DNA of 64,000 bases, taken from positions 8,254-72,253 of the forward strand of contig JAUIFV010000001.1 in assembly GCA_030430155.1 (NCBI GenBank), read 5' to 3'. The notes under the pieces are model-generated. The model searched no databases, was not told the DNA's origin, and was given only the letters and a program-made list of their open reading frames with translations. Both the position numbers and the translations under genes were made by a program. Positions 1 to 9,458 of this stretch are shown one piece after another. This DNA is from Gammaproteobacteria bacterium (GTDB lineage Bacteria > Pseudomonadota > Gammaproteobacteria > Xanthomonadales > SZUA-5). Position 1 is the first letter of the stretch; each line of letters begins with the position of its first letter.

Positions 1-171
1 CCCTTCTATCAGCGCCGTGCGCAAGGCGTGAACTCGACGCTCTTGCTCCTCCAAGAGCCTGAGCCCGGCTCGAATGACTTCGCTTGCCGAGCCATAGCGG
101 CCCTCTGCCAGCCGACCGGCGATGAACTGGTCGAAATGCTCTCCGAGTGAAACGCTCGTGCTTCTTGCCAT
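1..171 (-). CDS. parD: ParD/CopG-type ribbon-helix-helix antitoxin, distal part cut by window edge
   Basis: Hand translation of the minus strand from the ATG (complement of 169-171): [57 protein letters not shown]... GRYxSASEVIRxGLRLLEE is the ParD (COG3609) pattern as I remember it. Absent from the ORF track because it runs off the window. Confidence 0.55.
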   Translation of the reverse strand, partial: MARSTSVSLGEHFDQFIAGRLAEGRYGSASEVIRAGLRLLEEQERRVHALRTALIEG

Positions 172-289
172 CTTGGTACGCCTGTGATTTACCAGCAACT
201 ACCCAAAAACAATACTTACGTCCTCAAGACCTGGCAACGGTTCGCCGGCTCTACCTCTTGCTGACAGCGTCGACCCTATCCTCGGCCAG

Positions 290-1282
290 ATGTCACAAGA
301 GCTGATCATCCAGCGACCCGAAGGACTGTACTGTCCGCAGGGTGATTTCCACATCGACCCGCTGCGACCGGTGCCGCGGGCGGTGATCACCCACGGGCAC
401 AGCGATCATGCGCGCGCCGGAATGGGTGTCTATCACGCGCTGGGCGATGGCGCGGAGATCCTGCGCTGGCGGCTGGGGGAGGACATCGCGCTAAGCGAGC
501 ACCACGCCGGACAGGGCTTCGATCTGGGCCCGGTGCGGGTCAGTCTGCATCCGGCCGGGCACGTGCTCGGTTCGGCGCAGGTGCGCGTCGCGCACGGCGA
601 CCAGGTCTGGGTGGCCAGCGGCGACTACAAGCGTCAGCCCGATCCCACCTGCGCGCCTTTCGAAGTGGTGCCTTGCGATGTGCTGGTCACCGAAACCACT
701 TTCGCCCTGCCGGTTTACCGCTGGCCGCAGACGGCCGACGTCGCGGCGCAGATCCTTGATTGGCAGGCCGAGTGTGGCCGGCGCGGAGTGGCCGCGGTGC
801 TGCTCTGCTACGCGCTGGGCAAGGCGCAGCGGCTGCTCGCCGAACTGGGCCGGCTGGGGGCGAAAAAGCTTTGGCTGCACGGCGCCATCCAGGCCGGTGT
901 GGACGCCTATGATCGCGCCGGCGTGGCACTGCCGGAGACTCGCGCGGTAAAAGACATCGAAAAGGGCGAGGACAGCGCCGGCGCGCTGGTGCTGGCGCCG
1001 CCCTCGGCCGCCGGTTCGCCCTGGCTGAAGCGCTTTCGCGGGGCCCAGCTGGGCTTTGCCTCCGGCTGGATGCAGATCCGCGGCAACCGCCGCCGGCGCG
1101 GCTACGAGCGCGGCTTTGTGGTCAGCGATCACGCCGACTGGCCGGGACTGCTGCAGTCTATCGAAGACTGCGGCGCACGGCGCATCATCGCCACCCACGG
1201 CGATTCCGCGGCGCTGATTCGATTGCTGCGCGAATGCGGTTTGCAGGCCGAGACCTTTGCCGATCTGCGGGACGGCGCCTGA
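290..1282 (+). CDS. ligase-associated DNA damage response exonuclease (metallo-beta-lactamase fold)
   Basis: 330-aa ORF with HxHxDH motif (THGHSDH). Its stop overlaps the ligase ATG (TGATG, 1280-1284). First gene of the exonuclease-ligase-helicase-PdeM cassette. Confidence 0.85.
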   Translation: MSQELIIQRPEGLYCPQGDFHIDPLRPVPRAVITHGHSDHARAGMGVYHALGDGAEILRWRLGEDIALSEHHAGQGFDLGPVRVSLHPAGHVLGSAQVRVAHGDQVWVASGDYKRQPDPTCAPFEVVPCDVLVTETTFALPVYRWPQTADVAAQILDWQAECGRRGVAAVLLCYALGKAQRLLAELGRLGAKKLWLHGAIQAGVDAYDRAGVALPETRAVKDIEKGEDSAGALVLAPPSAAGSPWLKRFRGAQLGFASGWMQIRGNRRRRGYERGFVVSDHADWPGLLQSIEDCGARRIIATHGDSAALIRLLRECGLQAETFADLRDGA

Positions 1283-2874
1283 TGGAGCGCTTCGCTGCCC
1301 TCTACCAGCGCCTGGATCGCACCACCGCCACCAGCGAGAAGCAGGCGGCGATCGCCGACTACCTGGGTCAGGCCGACCCCGCCTCGGCGAGCTGGGCCGT
1401 GTGGCTGCTTTGCGGCGGGCGGCTGCGCGGGCTGGTTCGCAGCGGCGAGCTACGCAGCTGGGTGGCGACGGCCAGCGGCACGCCGGATTGGCTGGTGGAG
1501 GAAAGCTACAGCCACGTTGGCGACCTGGCTGAGACCTGCACGCTGTTGCTGCCGGAGCCGGACTCAGAGCCGCCCATGCGGAGCCTCACTGTGTGGATTG
1601 AGCAGCACCTGTTGCCGCTGAAAGGTGCCGAGGAGGAACCGCGGCGGGAGGCGGTGATCAGCGCCTGGTGGGCGCTGCCCTACGCGCAACGTCTGGTCTA
1701 CACCAAGCTGCTCACCGGCGCACTGCGCGTGGGCGTGGCTCAGGGCCTGGTGCAGCGGGTGCTGGCGCAGATGAGTGGACTGCCGGTGGCGACCATCGCC
1801 CAGCGCCTGCTCGGCGACTGGACGCCGTCAGCCGAATTCCATGCCGCCCTGCTGTCAATCGCGCCACAGCGCGGTGATCGCGCCCAGCCCTATCCCTTCT
1901 TTCTCGCCTCGCCGCTGGAGAAGGCGCCGGACCAGCTCGGCGCCATCGACGACTGGCAGCTGGAGTGGAAATGGGACGGCATCCGCCTGCAGCTGATCCG
2001 CCGCGACGGCGAGCTGGCGCTGTGGTCGCGCGGCGAGGAGCGTCTGGACGGGCGCTTCCCGGAGATTGAGCAAGCCGCGGCCGAGCTGCCGGACGGCTGT
2101 GTGATTGACGGCGAGCTCCTCGCCTGGCGCGCCGGCGAAGCGCTGCCGCTGCCTTTCAGCGTCCTGCAGACGCGCATCCAGCGGCGCAAGCCGGGAGCCA
2201 AGTCGCTGCGCGAGGCGCCGCTGCGACTGCTCGCCTACGATCTGCTCGAGATCGACGGTCGCGATCTGCGTGAGCAGCCGCTGGCACAGCGCCGCGAGCA
2301 GTTGGGTGACTTGCTACAGGTTCAGGACGAATCCGCACTGGCGCTATCGCCGCTGGTGGCGGCGGACAGCTGGGCAGCCGCGGCCGAGCTGCGTAGTGAG
2401 GCGCGCAATCGTGGCGTCGAGGGGCTGATGCTGAAACGACGCAGCTCGCCATACCGCAGCGGTCGTCGCCGCGGCGACTGGTGGAAGTGGAAGATCGAGC
2501 CGCTGAGCATCGACGCGGTGTTGATCTACGCCCAGGCCGGCCACGGCAGGCGCAGCAATCTGTACACCGACTACACCTTCGCGGTCTGGCAGGACGAGGC
2601 CCTGGTGCCGGTGGCCAAGGCCTATTCCGGGCTGTCCGATGCCGAGATCGGCCGCCTGGATCGCTGGATCCGCGCCCACACCATCGAGCGCTTCGGCCCG
2701 GTGCATTCGGTGCAGCCGCTGCAGGTCTTCGAGCTGGCCTTCGAAGGAGTCAACCGCAGCCCGCGCCACAAGTCCGGCATTGCCCTGCGCTTTCCGCGTA
2801 TCGCCCGCTGGCGTGAGGACAAGGTCGCTGCGGAGGCGGATGTGCTGGCGACGCTGGCGGCATTGGCGCGGTGA
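1282..2874 (+). CDS. ATP-dependent DNA ligase
   Basis: Start trimmed to ATG 1282 (MERFAALYQRL). Adenylation motif I KxDG is present as KWDGIR. About 530 aa. Confidence 0.9.
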   Translation: MERFAALYQRLDRTTATSEKQAAIADYLGQADPASASWAVWLLCGGRLRGLVRSGELRSWVATASGTPDWLVEESYSHVGDLAETCTLLLPEPDSEPPMRSLTVWIEQHLLPLKGAEEEPRREAVISAWWALPYAQRLVYTKLLTGALRVGVAQGLVQRVLAQMSGLPVATIAQRLLGDWTPSAEFHAALLSIAPQRGDRAQPYPFFLASPLEKAPDQLGAIDDWQLEWKWDGIRLQLIRRDGELALWSRGEERLDGRFPEIEQAAAELPDGCVIDGELLAWRAGEALPLPFSVLQTRIQRRKPGAKSLREAPLRLLAYDLLEIDGRDLREQPLAQRREQLGDLLQVQDESALALSPLVAADSWAAAAELRSEARNRGVEGLMLKRRSSPYRSGRRRGDWWKWKIEPLSIDAVLIYAQAGHGRRSNLYTDYTFAVWQDEALVPVAKAYSGLSDAEIGRLDRWIRAHTIERFGPVHSVQPLQVFELAFEGVNRSPRHKSGIALRFPRIARWREDKVAAEADVLATLAALAR

Positions 2875-5459
2875 GGGCGCGCAGAGGGCTTAGGGCCCAG
2901 GGGAGCGTGGCGGCGGGAGGGCACAGGGCCCAGGGCTCAGGGCCCAGTCGGGATGGGTATGCACTTTCAGGCGCGTCCGTTCGCTCCGGCTCCGATGACG
3001 TTCGGCGTGACGGCGTCCTGTCGGCGCTAGCAGCCGACCCCGAACTTCCGCTGCGGGCCTGGATCGCCGCCCAGGGCTGGTCCGTTCTGCCGCATCAGCG
3101 GATGGTGTGGCGTGCCTATCTGGATGGGCGATCCGGACTGCTGCACACGCCCACCGGTAGCGGCAAGACTCTGGCCGTGGCCGGCGGTCCGCTGATCGAG
3201 GCACTACGGGAGGACGACCGCGGCGGCGCGCCGCGTTTGCTGTGGATCACCCCGCTGCGCGCCCTGGCAGCCGACACCGTCCGGGCCCTGCAACTGCTCA
3301 TCGACGGGGTCGGATTGGATTGGCAGGTGGTGCTGCGCACCGGCGATGCCAGCGCCCGCGATCGGCGCCTGGCCCGCGCCGGCAAGCGCGAGGTGGTGGT
3401 CACCACGCCCGAATCGCTGGCGCTGCTGCTGTCTTATGCCGACACCCAGGGTCACCTGGCCCAGCTGCGCGCGGTGGTGGTGGATGAATGGCATGAGCTG
3501 ATCGGCAGCAAGCGCGGCGTGCTGTTGGAGCTGGGTCTGGCTCGGCTGCGTCGATTGGCGTCAGGCCTGCGCACTTGGGGTCTGTCGGCGACATTGGGCA
3601 ACCTGCGGCAGGCCGCGCAGGTGCTGATCCCCGGCGAGAGCTACCCGCTGCTGGTGGGCGGCGCGTTGCTGCGGCCCACCGAAGTGGAGTGTCTACTGCC
3701 AGCCGACCCTGGTAGCTTTCCCTACGCCGGCCATCTGGGACTGAGCCAGCTGCCGCAGGTGCTGGCGCGGCTGCGTCAGGCACGCAGCTCGCTGCTGTTC
3801 ACCAACACCCGTTCGCAGGCCGAGCTTTGGCATCAGGCGCTGGCCTCGGTTTGGCCCGAAGCGCCAGACTCCCTGGCTCTGCATCACGGCTCCATCGATG
3901 GCAAGCAGCGGTGGACGGTGGAGCAGGATCTGGCCGCCGGCCGGCTGCGCGCGGTGGTCGCCACCAGCAGCCTGGATCTGGGCGTGGACTTCCCACCGGT
4001 TGAGCAGGTGCTGCAGATCGGCAGCCCCAAGGGCGTTGCGCGGCTGCTGCAGCGCGCCGGTCGGGCTCGCCATCGGCCCGGCGAGAGCGGACGGATCATC
4101 GGCGTGCCGACTCATGCGCTGGAGCTGGCCGAGTACGCCGCGGTGCGCCGCGCGGTGGCGAAAGGGCAGATCGAAGCGCGTGCGCCGCTGACCGGCTGTC
4201 TGGATGTGCTGGCCCAGCACGCCGCCACCCTGGCCCTGGGTGGCGGTTTCGAACCCGATCAGCTGTTGGAGGAACTGCGCCAGACCCACGCCTATGCCGA
4301 CCTAGATCCGGCGCGCTGGGCCGCGGTGCTGCGTTTCTTGGAGGTGGGCGGCGAAGCGCTGGCCAACTATCCCGACTACCAGCGCCTACGCCGCGACGAG
4401 AGCGGACGCTATCAGCTGACCGATCGGCGCATCGCCATGCGTCATCGCCTCTCCATCGGCACCATCGCCAGCGACGGCGCGCTGCTGGTCAAGACCCTGC
4501 GCGGCCGCCTGCTCGGCCACGTCGAAGAGCGCTTCGTCGGCCAGCTGGCGCCGGGCGATGTGTTTCTGTTTGCAGGCCGCGCCCTGCAGCTGGTGCGGAT
4601 CGAGCAGATGAACGTACTGGTCAAGGCAGCCAGTGCCCGCAGCAGTCGGGTGCCGCGCTGGCAGGGTGGCTCGCTGCCGCTGTCCAACGCGGTCGGCGCC
4701 GGGGTCGCCGCGGTGCTGGCCGAGCCGGGCGATGCGGCCGAGCGGCAGGCGCTGGCGCCGCTGCGCGAGGTTCAGGCGCAGCGCTCTCGGCTGCCTCGCG
4801 CCAATCGGTTGTTGGTCGAGTACGCCCAAAGCGGCGAAGGGGAGCATTTGTTCCTCTATCCATTCGCCGGTCGTCAGCTGCACGACGGTTTGGCCGCACT
4901 GCTGAGTTGGCGGCTGGCGCAGATCTCCCCTGGCAGCTACAGCTACGCCTGCAGCGACTACGGCCTGATGCTGGCCGGCGATAGCCTCCCCGCGCTGGAT
5001 GCCGGTCGCTGGGAGCGGCTGCTGACGCCATCCGGACTGCACGCCGATCTGGCCCAGTGTTTGAACCTGGCCGAGCTGGCCCGACGCCAGTTTCGTGAGG
5101 TAGCCAGAGTCGCCGGTTTGCTGCCGCCCTCGCTGCCCGGTCGCGCGCCGCGCTCACTGCGCGCTCTGCAGACCTCCAGCGCGCTGATCTACGACGTGCT
5201 GCGCGAACACGACCCGACTCATCTGCTGCTCGGCCAAGCCGAGCGCGAGGTGCGCCAGCAGCAGCTGCGCGAGGACGAACTGGGTGAGCTGCTCAGCCGC
5301 CTGTCGGCGCTGCTCAGAGACGAGCTGGCGCTGACCGCACTGAGTCCGCTGGCTTTTCCGCTGTGGGCCGAAAGCCAGCGCGGCCACCTAAGCAACGAGG
5401 ATTGGCGCACCCGGGTGCAACGCGCCGCTGCCAAGCTGGAGCGCGGTCTTGGGCGCTGA
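2871..5459 (+). CDS. Lhr-like DEXH-box helicase (ligase-associated)
   Basis: Walker A TPTGSGKT and DEWH box. GTG 2871 overlaps the ligase stop (GTGA). The only in-frame start candidates upstream of the conserved N-terminus (LRAWIAAQGWSVLPHQR, before ATG 3102) are GTG 2871 and GTG 2907. Both lie before or inside a heptad repeat block, so the exact start is uncertain. Confidence 0.8.
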   Translation: MRARRGLRAQGSVAAGGHRAQGSGPSRDGYALSGASVRSGSDDVRRDGVLSALAADPELPLRAWIAAQGWSVLPHQRMVWRAYLDGRSGLLHTPTGSGKTLAVAGGPLIEALREDDRGGAPRLLWITPLRALAADTVRALQLLIDGVGLDWQVVLRTGDASARDRRLARAGKREVVVTTPESLALLLSYADTQGHLAQLRAVVVDEWHELIGSKRGVLLELGLARLRRLASGLRTWGLSATLGNLRQAAQVLIPGESYPLLVGGALLRPTEVECLLPADPGSFPYAGHLGLSQLPQVLARLRQARSSLLFTNTRSQAELWHQALASVWPEAPDSLALHHGSIDGKQRWTVEQDLAAGRLRAVVATSSLDLGVDFPPVEQVLQIGSPKGVARLLQRAGRARHRPGESGRIIGVPTHALELAEYAAVRRAVAKGQIEARAPLTGCLDVLAQHAATLALGGGFEPDQLLEELRQTHAYADLDPARWAAVLRFLEVGGEALANYPDYQRLRRDESGRYQLTDRRIAMRHRLSIGTIASDGALLVKTLRGRLLGHVEERFVGQLAPGDVFLFAGRALQLVRIEQMNVLVKAASARSSRVPRWQGGSLPLSNAVGAGVAAVLAEPGDAAERQALAPLREVQAQRSRLPRANRLLVEYAQSGEGEHLFLYPFAGRQLHDGLAALLSWRLAQISPGSYSYACSDYGLMLAGDSLPALDAGRWERLLTPSGLHADLAQCLNLAELARRQFREVARVAGLLPPSLPGRAPRSLRALQTSSALIYDVLREHDPTHLLLGQAEREVRQQQLREDELGELLSRLSALLRDELALTALSPLAFPLWAESQRGHLSNEDWRTRVQRAAAKLERGLGR
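2886..2947. repeat. GGGCCCA-type heptad block inside the 5' end of the helicase ORF
   Basis: GGGCTTAGGGCCCAGGGG ... GGCACAGGGCCCAGGGCTCAGGGCCCAG. Confidence 0.8.
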
Positions 5460-6123
5460 GCATCGCGTGCAGCTGGCAGGCCAACAGCTGACCCTGCTAG
5501 GTCAGCGCGCGATCCATTGGCCCGCGCAGCAGGCCCTGCTGATTGCCGATCTGCATCTGGGCAAGGCAGACACCCTGCGCCGCGCTGGCATTCTGACCCC
5601 GCGCGGCAGCACCAGCAGCGATCTGCAGCGACTCGAGGCACTGGTGGATCGCTACCGACCGCATACATTGTGGGTGCTCGGCGACATGCTCCACGGCCCA
5701 CTGCATGAAGCGCCCTGGCTGCAGCGCTGGCGGCGATTCCGGCGGCAACATTCGGAACTGATTGTGGAGGTCATCGCCGGCAACCACGACCGCGTGTTGA
5801 CCGGCGCCAACGCCGCCGCCGCGCGAGAGGCGCTGGGCATCCAAGTGCGGCCGGACGGACTGTCGCTGGGCGGCCTGAGCCTGTGTCATCAGACCACGAC
5901 CAAGTCCGCGCTGCCCACCCTCAGCGGTCACCTGCATCCGGTCATCCGACTCCCCGGCCTGCCGCGACGCTGGCCGGCCTTCGTGCTGACTCCGAACGGC
6001 TTGCTGCTGCCTGCCTTTTCCAGACTCACCGGCGGACTGCTGATGGATCACCGCAGCGGTGGGTGCTTTGCCTGCGTGGAGGGGGAAATCGTCGCTGTCT
6101 CAGCGCTGAAGGCTGAGGGCTGA
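5449..6123 (+). CDS. pdeM: ligase-associated DNA damage response endonuclease PdeM (metallophosphoesterase)
   Basis: Motifs ADLHLGK and GNHD. Last gene of the cassette. Start is TTG 5449 (overlapping the helicase stop) or GTG 5467. The stop TGA 6121-6123 lies in a GGGCTGA heptad. Confidence 0.75.
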   Translation: MGAEHRVQLAGQQLTLLGQRAIHWPAQQALLIADLHLGKADTLRRAGILTPRGSTSSDLQRLEALVDRYRPHTLWVLGDMLHGPLHEAPWLQRWRRFRRQHSELIVEVIAGNHDRVLTGANAAAAREALGIQVRPDGLSLGGLSLCHQTTTKSALPTLSGHLHPVIRLPGLPRRWPAFVLTPNGLLLPAFSRLTGGLLMDHRSGGCFACVEGEIVAVSALKAEG

Positions 6124-6130
6124 GAAAACG
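6103..6130. repeat. degenerate GGGCTGA heptad block (3 units) overlapping the pdeM stop
   Basis: GCGCTGA AGGCTGA GGGCTGA GAAAACGC. Confidence 0.6.
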
Positions 6131-6184
6131 CTCGCACGTCGGCGCTTCTCCTGGCGACTGGAACTGGCTACTGGCACTGCTTCA

Positions 6185-7774
6185 TCAAAGCAAAGGCTCA
6201 ATCGGCAGCCAGCTCAGTATCGTGGTCAATATCCGCCTGAACAGCGAGGCATCCGGCTCGCGTTCCTGCACCCGCTCCTCACCGTCGACGCGATCGACCC
6301 AGTACAGCTCGCCCGCCTCGTCCAGTCGCACCTGATAGGAACGGCGCGGGTCGATGGAGGTTTGGTAGACGCGGTCCAGCTGGCGGGCCAGCTCCTCGCT
6401 CTCGATCAGCACGCCCATTTCGCTGTTGGCCCAGGCCGAACGCGGATCCAGGTTGTAGGAGCCGACGAAGACCCGGTGGTTGTCGAATACCGCGGCTTTG
6501 GTGTGCAGGCTGGCCTTGGATGAGCCCAGACCGAGTCGCCGCCGTCCTTCGGTGTCGCCGGGTTCGGCATGGTGGTTGAGCTTCATCTCGTACAAATCCA
6601 CCCCGCCTTCCAACAGCGGTTCGCGGTAGCGGATGTAGCCGCTGTGCACCGCGGCGACGTCGCTGGCGGCCAGTGAGTTGGTCAACACGCTGACCTCCAC
6701 GCCGGTTTCCTCCAGCAGCAGCAGGCCCTGGGTGACGTCGCGACCGGGAACGAAGTAGGGCGAGATCAGATTCACCTCATCGGTGGAGTTGTGCAGCGCC
6801 GCGGCCAGACCTTCGCGTACGCCCGGCTCCAGATCGTCGACGCTGGGGTCCACCTTGCGCGGATCGTCCACCAGCAGGCGCGCGTCGGTGGTGACGATCG
6901 CGGTGGTCTGGCCGCTGAGGATGCTTTCCATCAGCAGCGCATCGCCGGCCCGCTGCAGAAAGGGACTGCCCTGCGCCTGGGCCCAGTTCTCGGCCAGCCG
7001 CTCACGCATCTGATCCAGATCACCGTTGCGCGGCTTGGGCACGTTGCGCACGTAGGCAATGGGGATCGCCGCCTCATTATTCCAATAGCGGTCGAACTGC
7101 TCGGCGGCGTCGTTGACCAGCTCGCCGACCACCACCAGATCCAGATCTTCGAAGTTCAGATCACCGCTGGCGTCGAAATATTCATCGCCCACGTTGCGGC
7201 CGCCGATCAACGCCACCCGCGAGTCCACCAGCCAGGTCTTGTTGTGCATGCGCCGGTTCAATCGGCTGCCGCGCAGGGCGAACTCTACCGAGGAGCGAAT
7301 CCAGCCGCCGCGGGTGATGTAGGGGTTGAACAGCCGCACTTCGATGTTCGGATGCGAGTCCAGCACGCTGAGCTGACCGGTCTTGCTGCGCGCGTCCATG
7401 TCGTCCATCAGAAAGCGCACCCGCACCCCGCGATCGGCCGCCTTGAGCACCTCATAGGCGAGCAGCTTGCCAGTCATGTCGTCGTGCCAGATGTAGTACT
7501 GCAGATCCAGGCTGCGCTGCGCGATCTCGGCGCTCACCGCGCGCAGCGCGAAGGCATCTACGCCGAGCGGCACCAGGCGAAAGGAGGTGCTGCCGCGATC
7601 GCTGGGCAGGCGCGGACCCATGGCGACGGCGGCCGGACTGTCGGTGAGCGGCGGATAGGCGTAGCTGAGCGGCTTGACCATCCCCGGACGTATCGGCGAA
7701 CAGGCCATGCACAGCAGCGCCAGTGCGGCAACGCCGATGATGCGGTGGACGGACAATGCGGGCACAGACTTCAT
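6185..7774 (-). CDS. phospholipase D family lipoprotein (two HKD motifs)
   Basis: HNKTWLVD and HTKAAVFD HxKx4D motifs. Start trimmed to the internal Met (MKSVPALSVHRIIGVAALALLCMAC) with a lipobox-like LCMAC. Confidence 0.8.
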   Translation of the reverse strand: MKSVPALSVHRIIGVAALALLCMACSPIRPGMVKPLSYAYPPLTDSPAAVAMGPRLPSDRGSTSFRLVPLGVDAFALRAVSAEIAQRSLDLQYYIWHDDMTGKLLAYEVLKAADRGVRVRFLMDDMDARSKTGQLSVLDSHPNIEVRLFNPYITRGGWIRSSVEFALRGSRLNRRMHNKTWLVDSRVALIGGRNVGDEYFDASGDLNFEDLDLVVVGELVNDAAEQFDRYWNNEAAIPIAYVRNVPKPRNGDLDQMRERLAENWAQAQGSPFLQRAGDALLMESILSGQTTAIVTTDARLLVDDPRKVDPSVDDLEPGVREGLAAALHNSTDEVNLISPYFVPGRDVTQGLLLLEETGVEVSVLTNSLAASDVAAVHSGYIRYREPLLEGGVDLYEMKLNHHAEPGDTEGRRRLGLGSSKASLHTKAAVFDNHRVFVGSYNLDPRSAWANSEMGVLIESEELARQLDRVYQTSIDPRRSYQVRLDEAGELYWVDRVDGEERVQEREPDASLFRRILTTILSWLPIEPLL

Positions 7775-7915
7775 AGGACGCGGACGGCCGTCCAGTTTAG
7801 CCCGGATGCCGACCCTGAATCTGGACGCTGGCAAAAGACCAAACCGGTCTGGCTCTTGTGCGAATCGCGCGTCCCGCTAAGAATCAGGCCCTTCGCCCCG
7901 CGGCCCGGTAACGAT

Positions 7916-8623
7916 ATGAGCCAACTGACCCTGATGCGCCACGGCCAGGCCGGCCAGGATCCACAACACTATGACCAGCTTTCGCCCATCGGCGAGATGC
8001 AGAGCAGCCGCCTGGCCGAGCACTGGCTCAGTCATGATCAACGCTTCGATTTCGTCTGCTCCGGAACCCTGGTTCGCCAGCAGCGCACCCTGGAAACACT
8101 GGCCGAGCGCTATGCCGCCGCTGGCAAGCCGCTACCGGACAGCGTGCAGTGGCCGGAACTGAACGAGTATCGCTTCGATGCGCTGCTGTCGGGACTGAAG
8201 GAGGTCGATCCGCAGGCGCCGACGCTGGTCGCCCTGGAGGAGATGCCCAGCGATCGCCGGCGCTGGATCCCGGCGCTGCGTACCGCGCTGCTGGCCTGGA
8301 CCGAGGGCCGGCTGGATGCGGCGGTGCCGGAGCCCTTCGATCAGTTTCGTCAGCGTATCCAGACCGTCAGCAACCGCCTGATTGCCGCCGCGCAGGAGTC
8401 CTCGCGACTGCTGGTGGTCAGTTCGGGCGGGATAATTTCCGCCTTCATCCAAACCGCCCTCGGCGCTCCGGCCGCATCGGCCGTGGACCTCAATCTGGCC
8501 CTGATGAACAGCGCCGTCAGCCAGCTGCGCCTGGATTCCTCCGGCAACTGGCGGGTGCAGAGCTTCAACGCCATGTCCCACTTGAGCGCGCCGGGGGATC
8601 GGGGGTTGTGTACGCTCGTGTAG
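7916..8623 (+). CDS. histidine phosphatase (phosphoglycerate mutase) family protein
   Basis: Only the last 235 codons of ORF 6791..8623 look real. MSQLTLMRHGQAG carries the RHG catalytic motif. The upstream part is antisense to the PLD gene. Confidence 0.75.
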   Translation: MSQLTLMRHGQAGQDPQHYDQLSPIGEMQSSRLAEHWLSHDQRFDFVCSGTLVRQQRTLETLAERYAAAGKPLPDSVQWPELNEYRFDALLSGLKEVDPQAPTLVALEEMPSDRRRWIPALRTALLAWTEGRLDAAVPEPFDQFRQRIQTVSNRLIAAAQESSRLLVVSSGGIISAFIQTALGAPAASAVDLNLALMNSAVSQLRLDSSGNWRVQSFNAMSHLSAPGDRGLCTLV

Positions 8624-8634
8624 CCAACGGCAAA

Positions 8635-8724
8635 GCTCAGGGCCCAGGGTAGAGGGCCCAGGGCCCAGGAAAGCTCGGCGCGTGATCTCTTTCTGGGCCC
8701 TGGGCCCTTTTCCCTGGGCCCTGG
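8635..8724. repeat. GGGCCCA heptad palindrome (hairpin 8654-8673 / 8689-8707)
   Basis: GGGCCCAGGGCCCAGGAAAG - 15 nt - CTTTCTGGGCCCTGGGCCC, followed by TTTTCC. Likely terminator. Confidence 0.8.
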
Positions 8725-8786
8725 CGCACCCGCTTCCCGCCATCACGCCGTCAGCAGCAGGCGCCCGCTGCAATACTTCTGACACA

Positions 8787-8816
8787 GTAACTTTACAGAA
8801 CATCCTGTATAGTTAC
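8787..8816. promoter_or_regulatory. 12-6-12 inverted repeat, candidate TetR operator
   Basis: GTAACTTTACAG-aacatc-CTGTATAGTTAC (11/12 symmetric), ending 6 nt before the tetR-family ATG at 8822. Confidence 0.55.
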
Positions 8817-8821
8817 CCGCC

Positions 8822-9412
8822 ATGACCAGACCACCCAAGGCCCGCGCCAAGATCCTCGATGCCGCTGAGCGCATCGTTAAAAGCCATGGCGCGGCCAAGC
8901 TGACCTTCGAGGAGATTGCCGCCGAAAGCGGGGTGACTCGCGGCGGGATCACCTATCACTTTCCGACCAAGGAGCTGCTGCTACAGGCGCTGGTGCAGCG
9001 CGATGTGGAGCACTGGTCGGCGCGCGAGGCCAGTCATCTGGCGCAGCTGGGCGACGATCCGGCGGCGCCGGTGCTGGCCCATCTGCGCAGCTGCACCGAC
9101 GATGATCCGGAACGGCGGCGTTTCGTCGGCGGGATGCTCGGCGCGGTGGCTCATGATCCCAGCCTGCTCGAGCCGGTACGCGAGTTTCAACGCGAGAATC
9201 AGCCCATCGCCGCGGCGATGTCGGAACACGAGCTGCGCCTGTGGGTGCTGCGGCTGGCTGCCGACGGATTGTTCTGGATGGAAACGCTCAAGTGCACCGA
9301 ACTGCCGCCCGGCATGCGTGAACGAGTGATCGCGGAGATCGAGAAGCTGGCTCGGCAGTGGTCAGGCGAAGCCGATCCCGCCCAGGCGGCCGACACCCGT
9401 CAAGGCCGATAA
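8822..9412 (+). CDS. TetR/AcrR family transcriptional regulator
   Basis: N-terminal HTH (TFEEIAAESGVTRGGITYHFPTKELLL), 196 aa, immediately upstream of the RND efflux operon. Confidence 0.85.
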   Translation: MTRPPKARAKILDAAERIVKSHGAAKLTFEEIAAESGVTRGGITYHFPTKELLLQALVQRDVEHWSAREASHLAQLGDDPAAPVLAHLRSCTDDDPERRRFVGGMLGAVAHDPSLLEPVREFQRENQPIAAAMSEHELRLWVLRLAADGLFWMETLKCTELPPGMRERVIAEIEKLARQWSGEADPAQAADTRQGR

Positions 9413-9458
9413 GCCAGCAATCCATGAATTCCAAACCCTTTTACAAGGACACCCTGTC

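Noticed and set aside
6791-7915. N-terminal 375 codons of the 610-aa plus-strand ORF
   Set aside because: This part is antisense to the PLD gene. Only the segment from ATG 7916 (RHG phosphatase motif) looks like a real protein.
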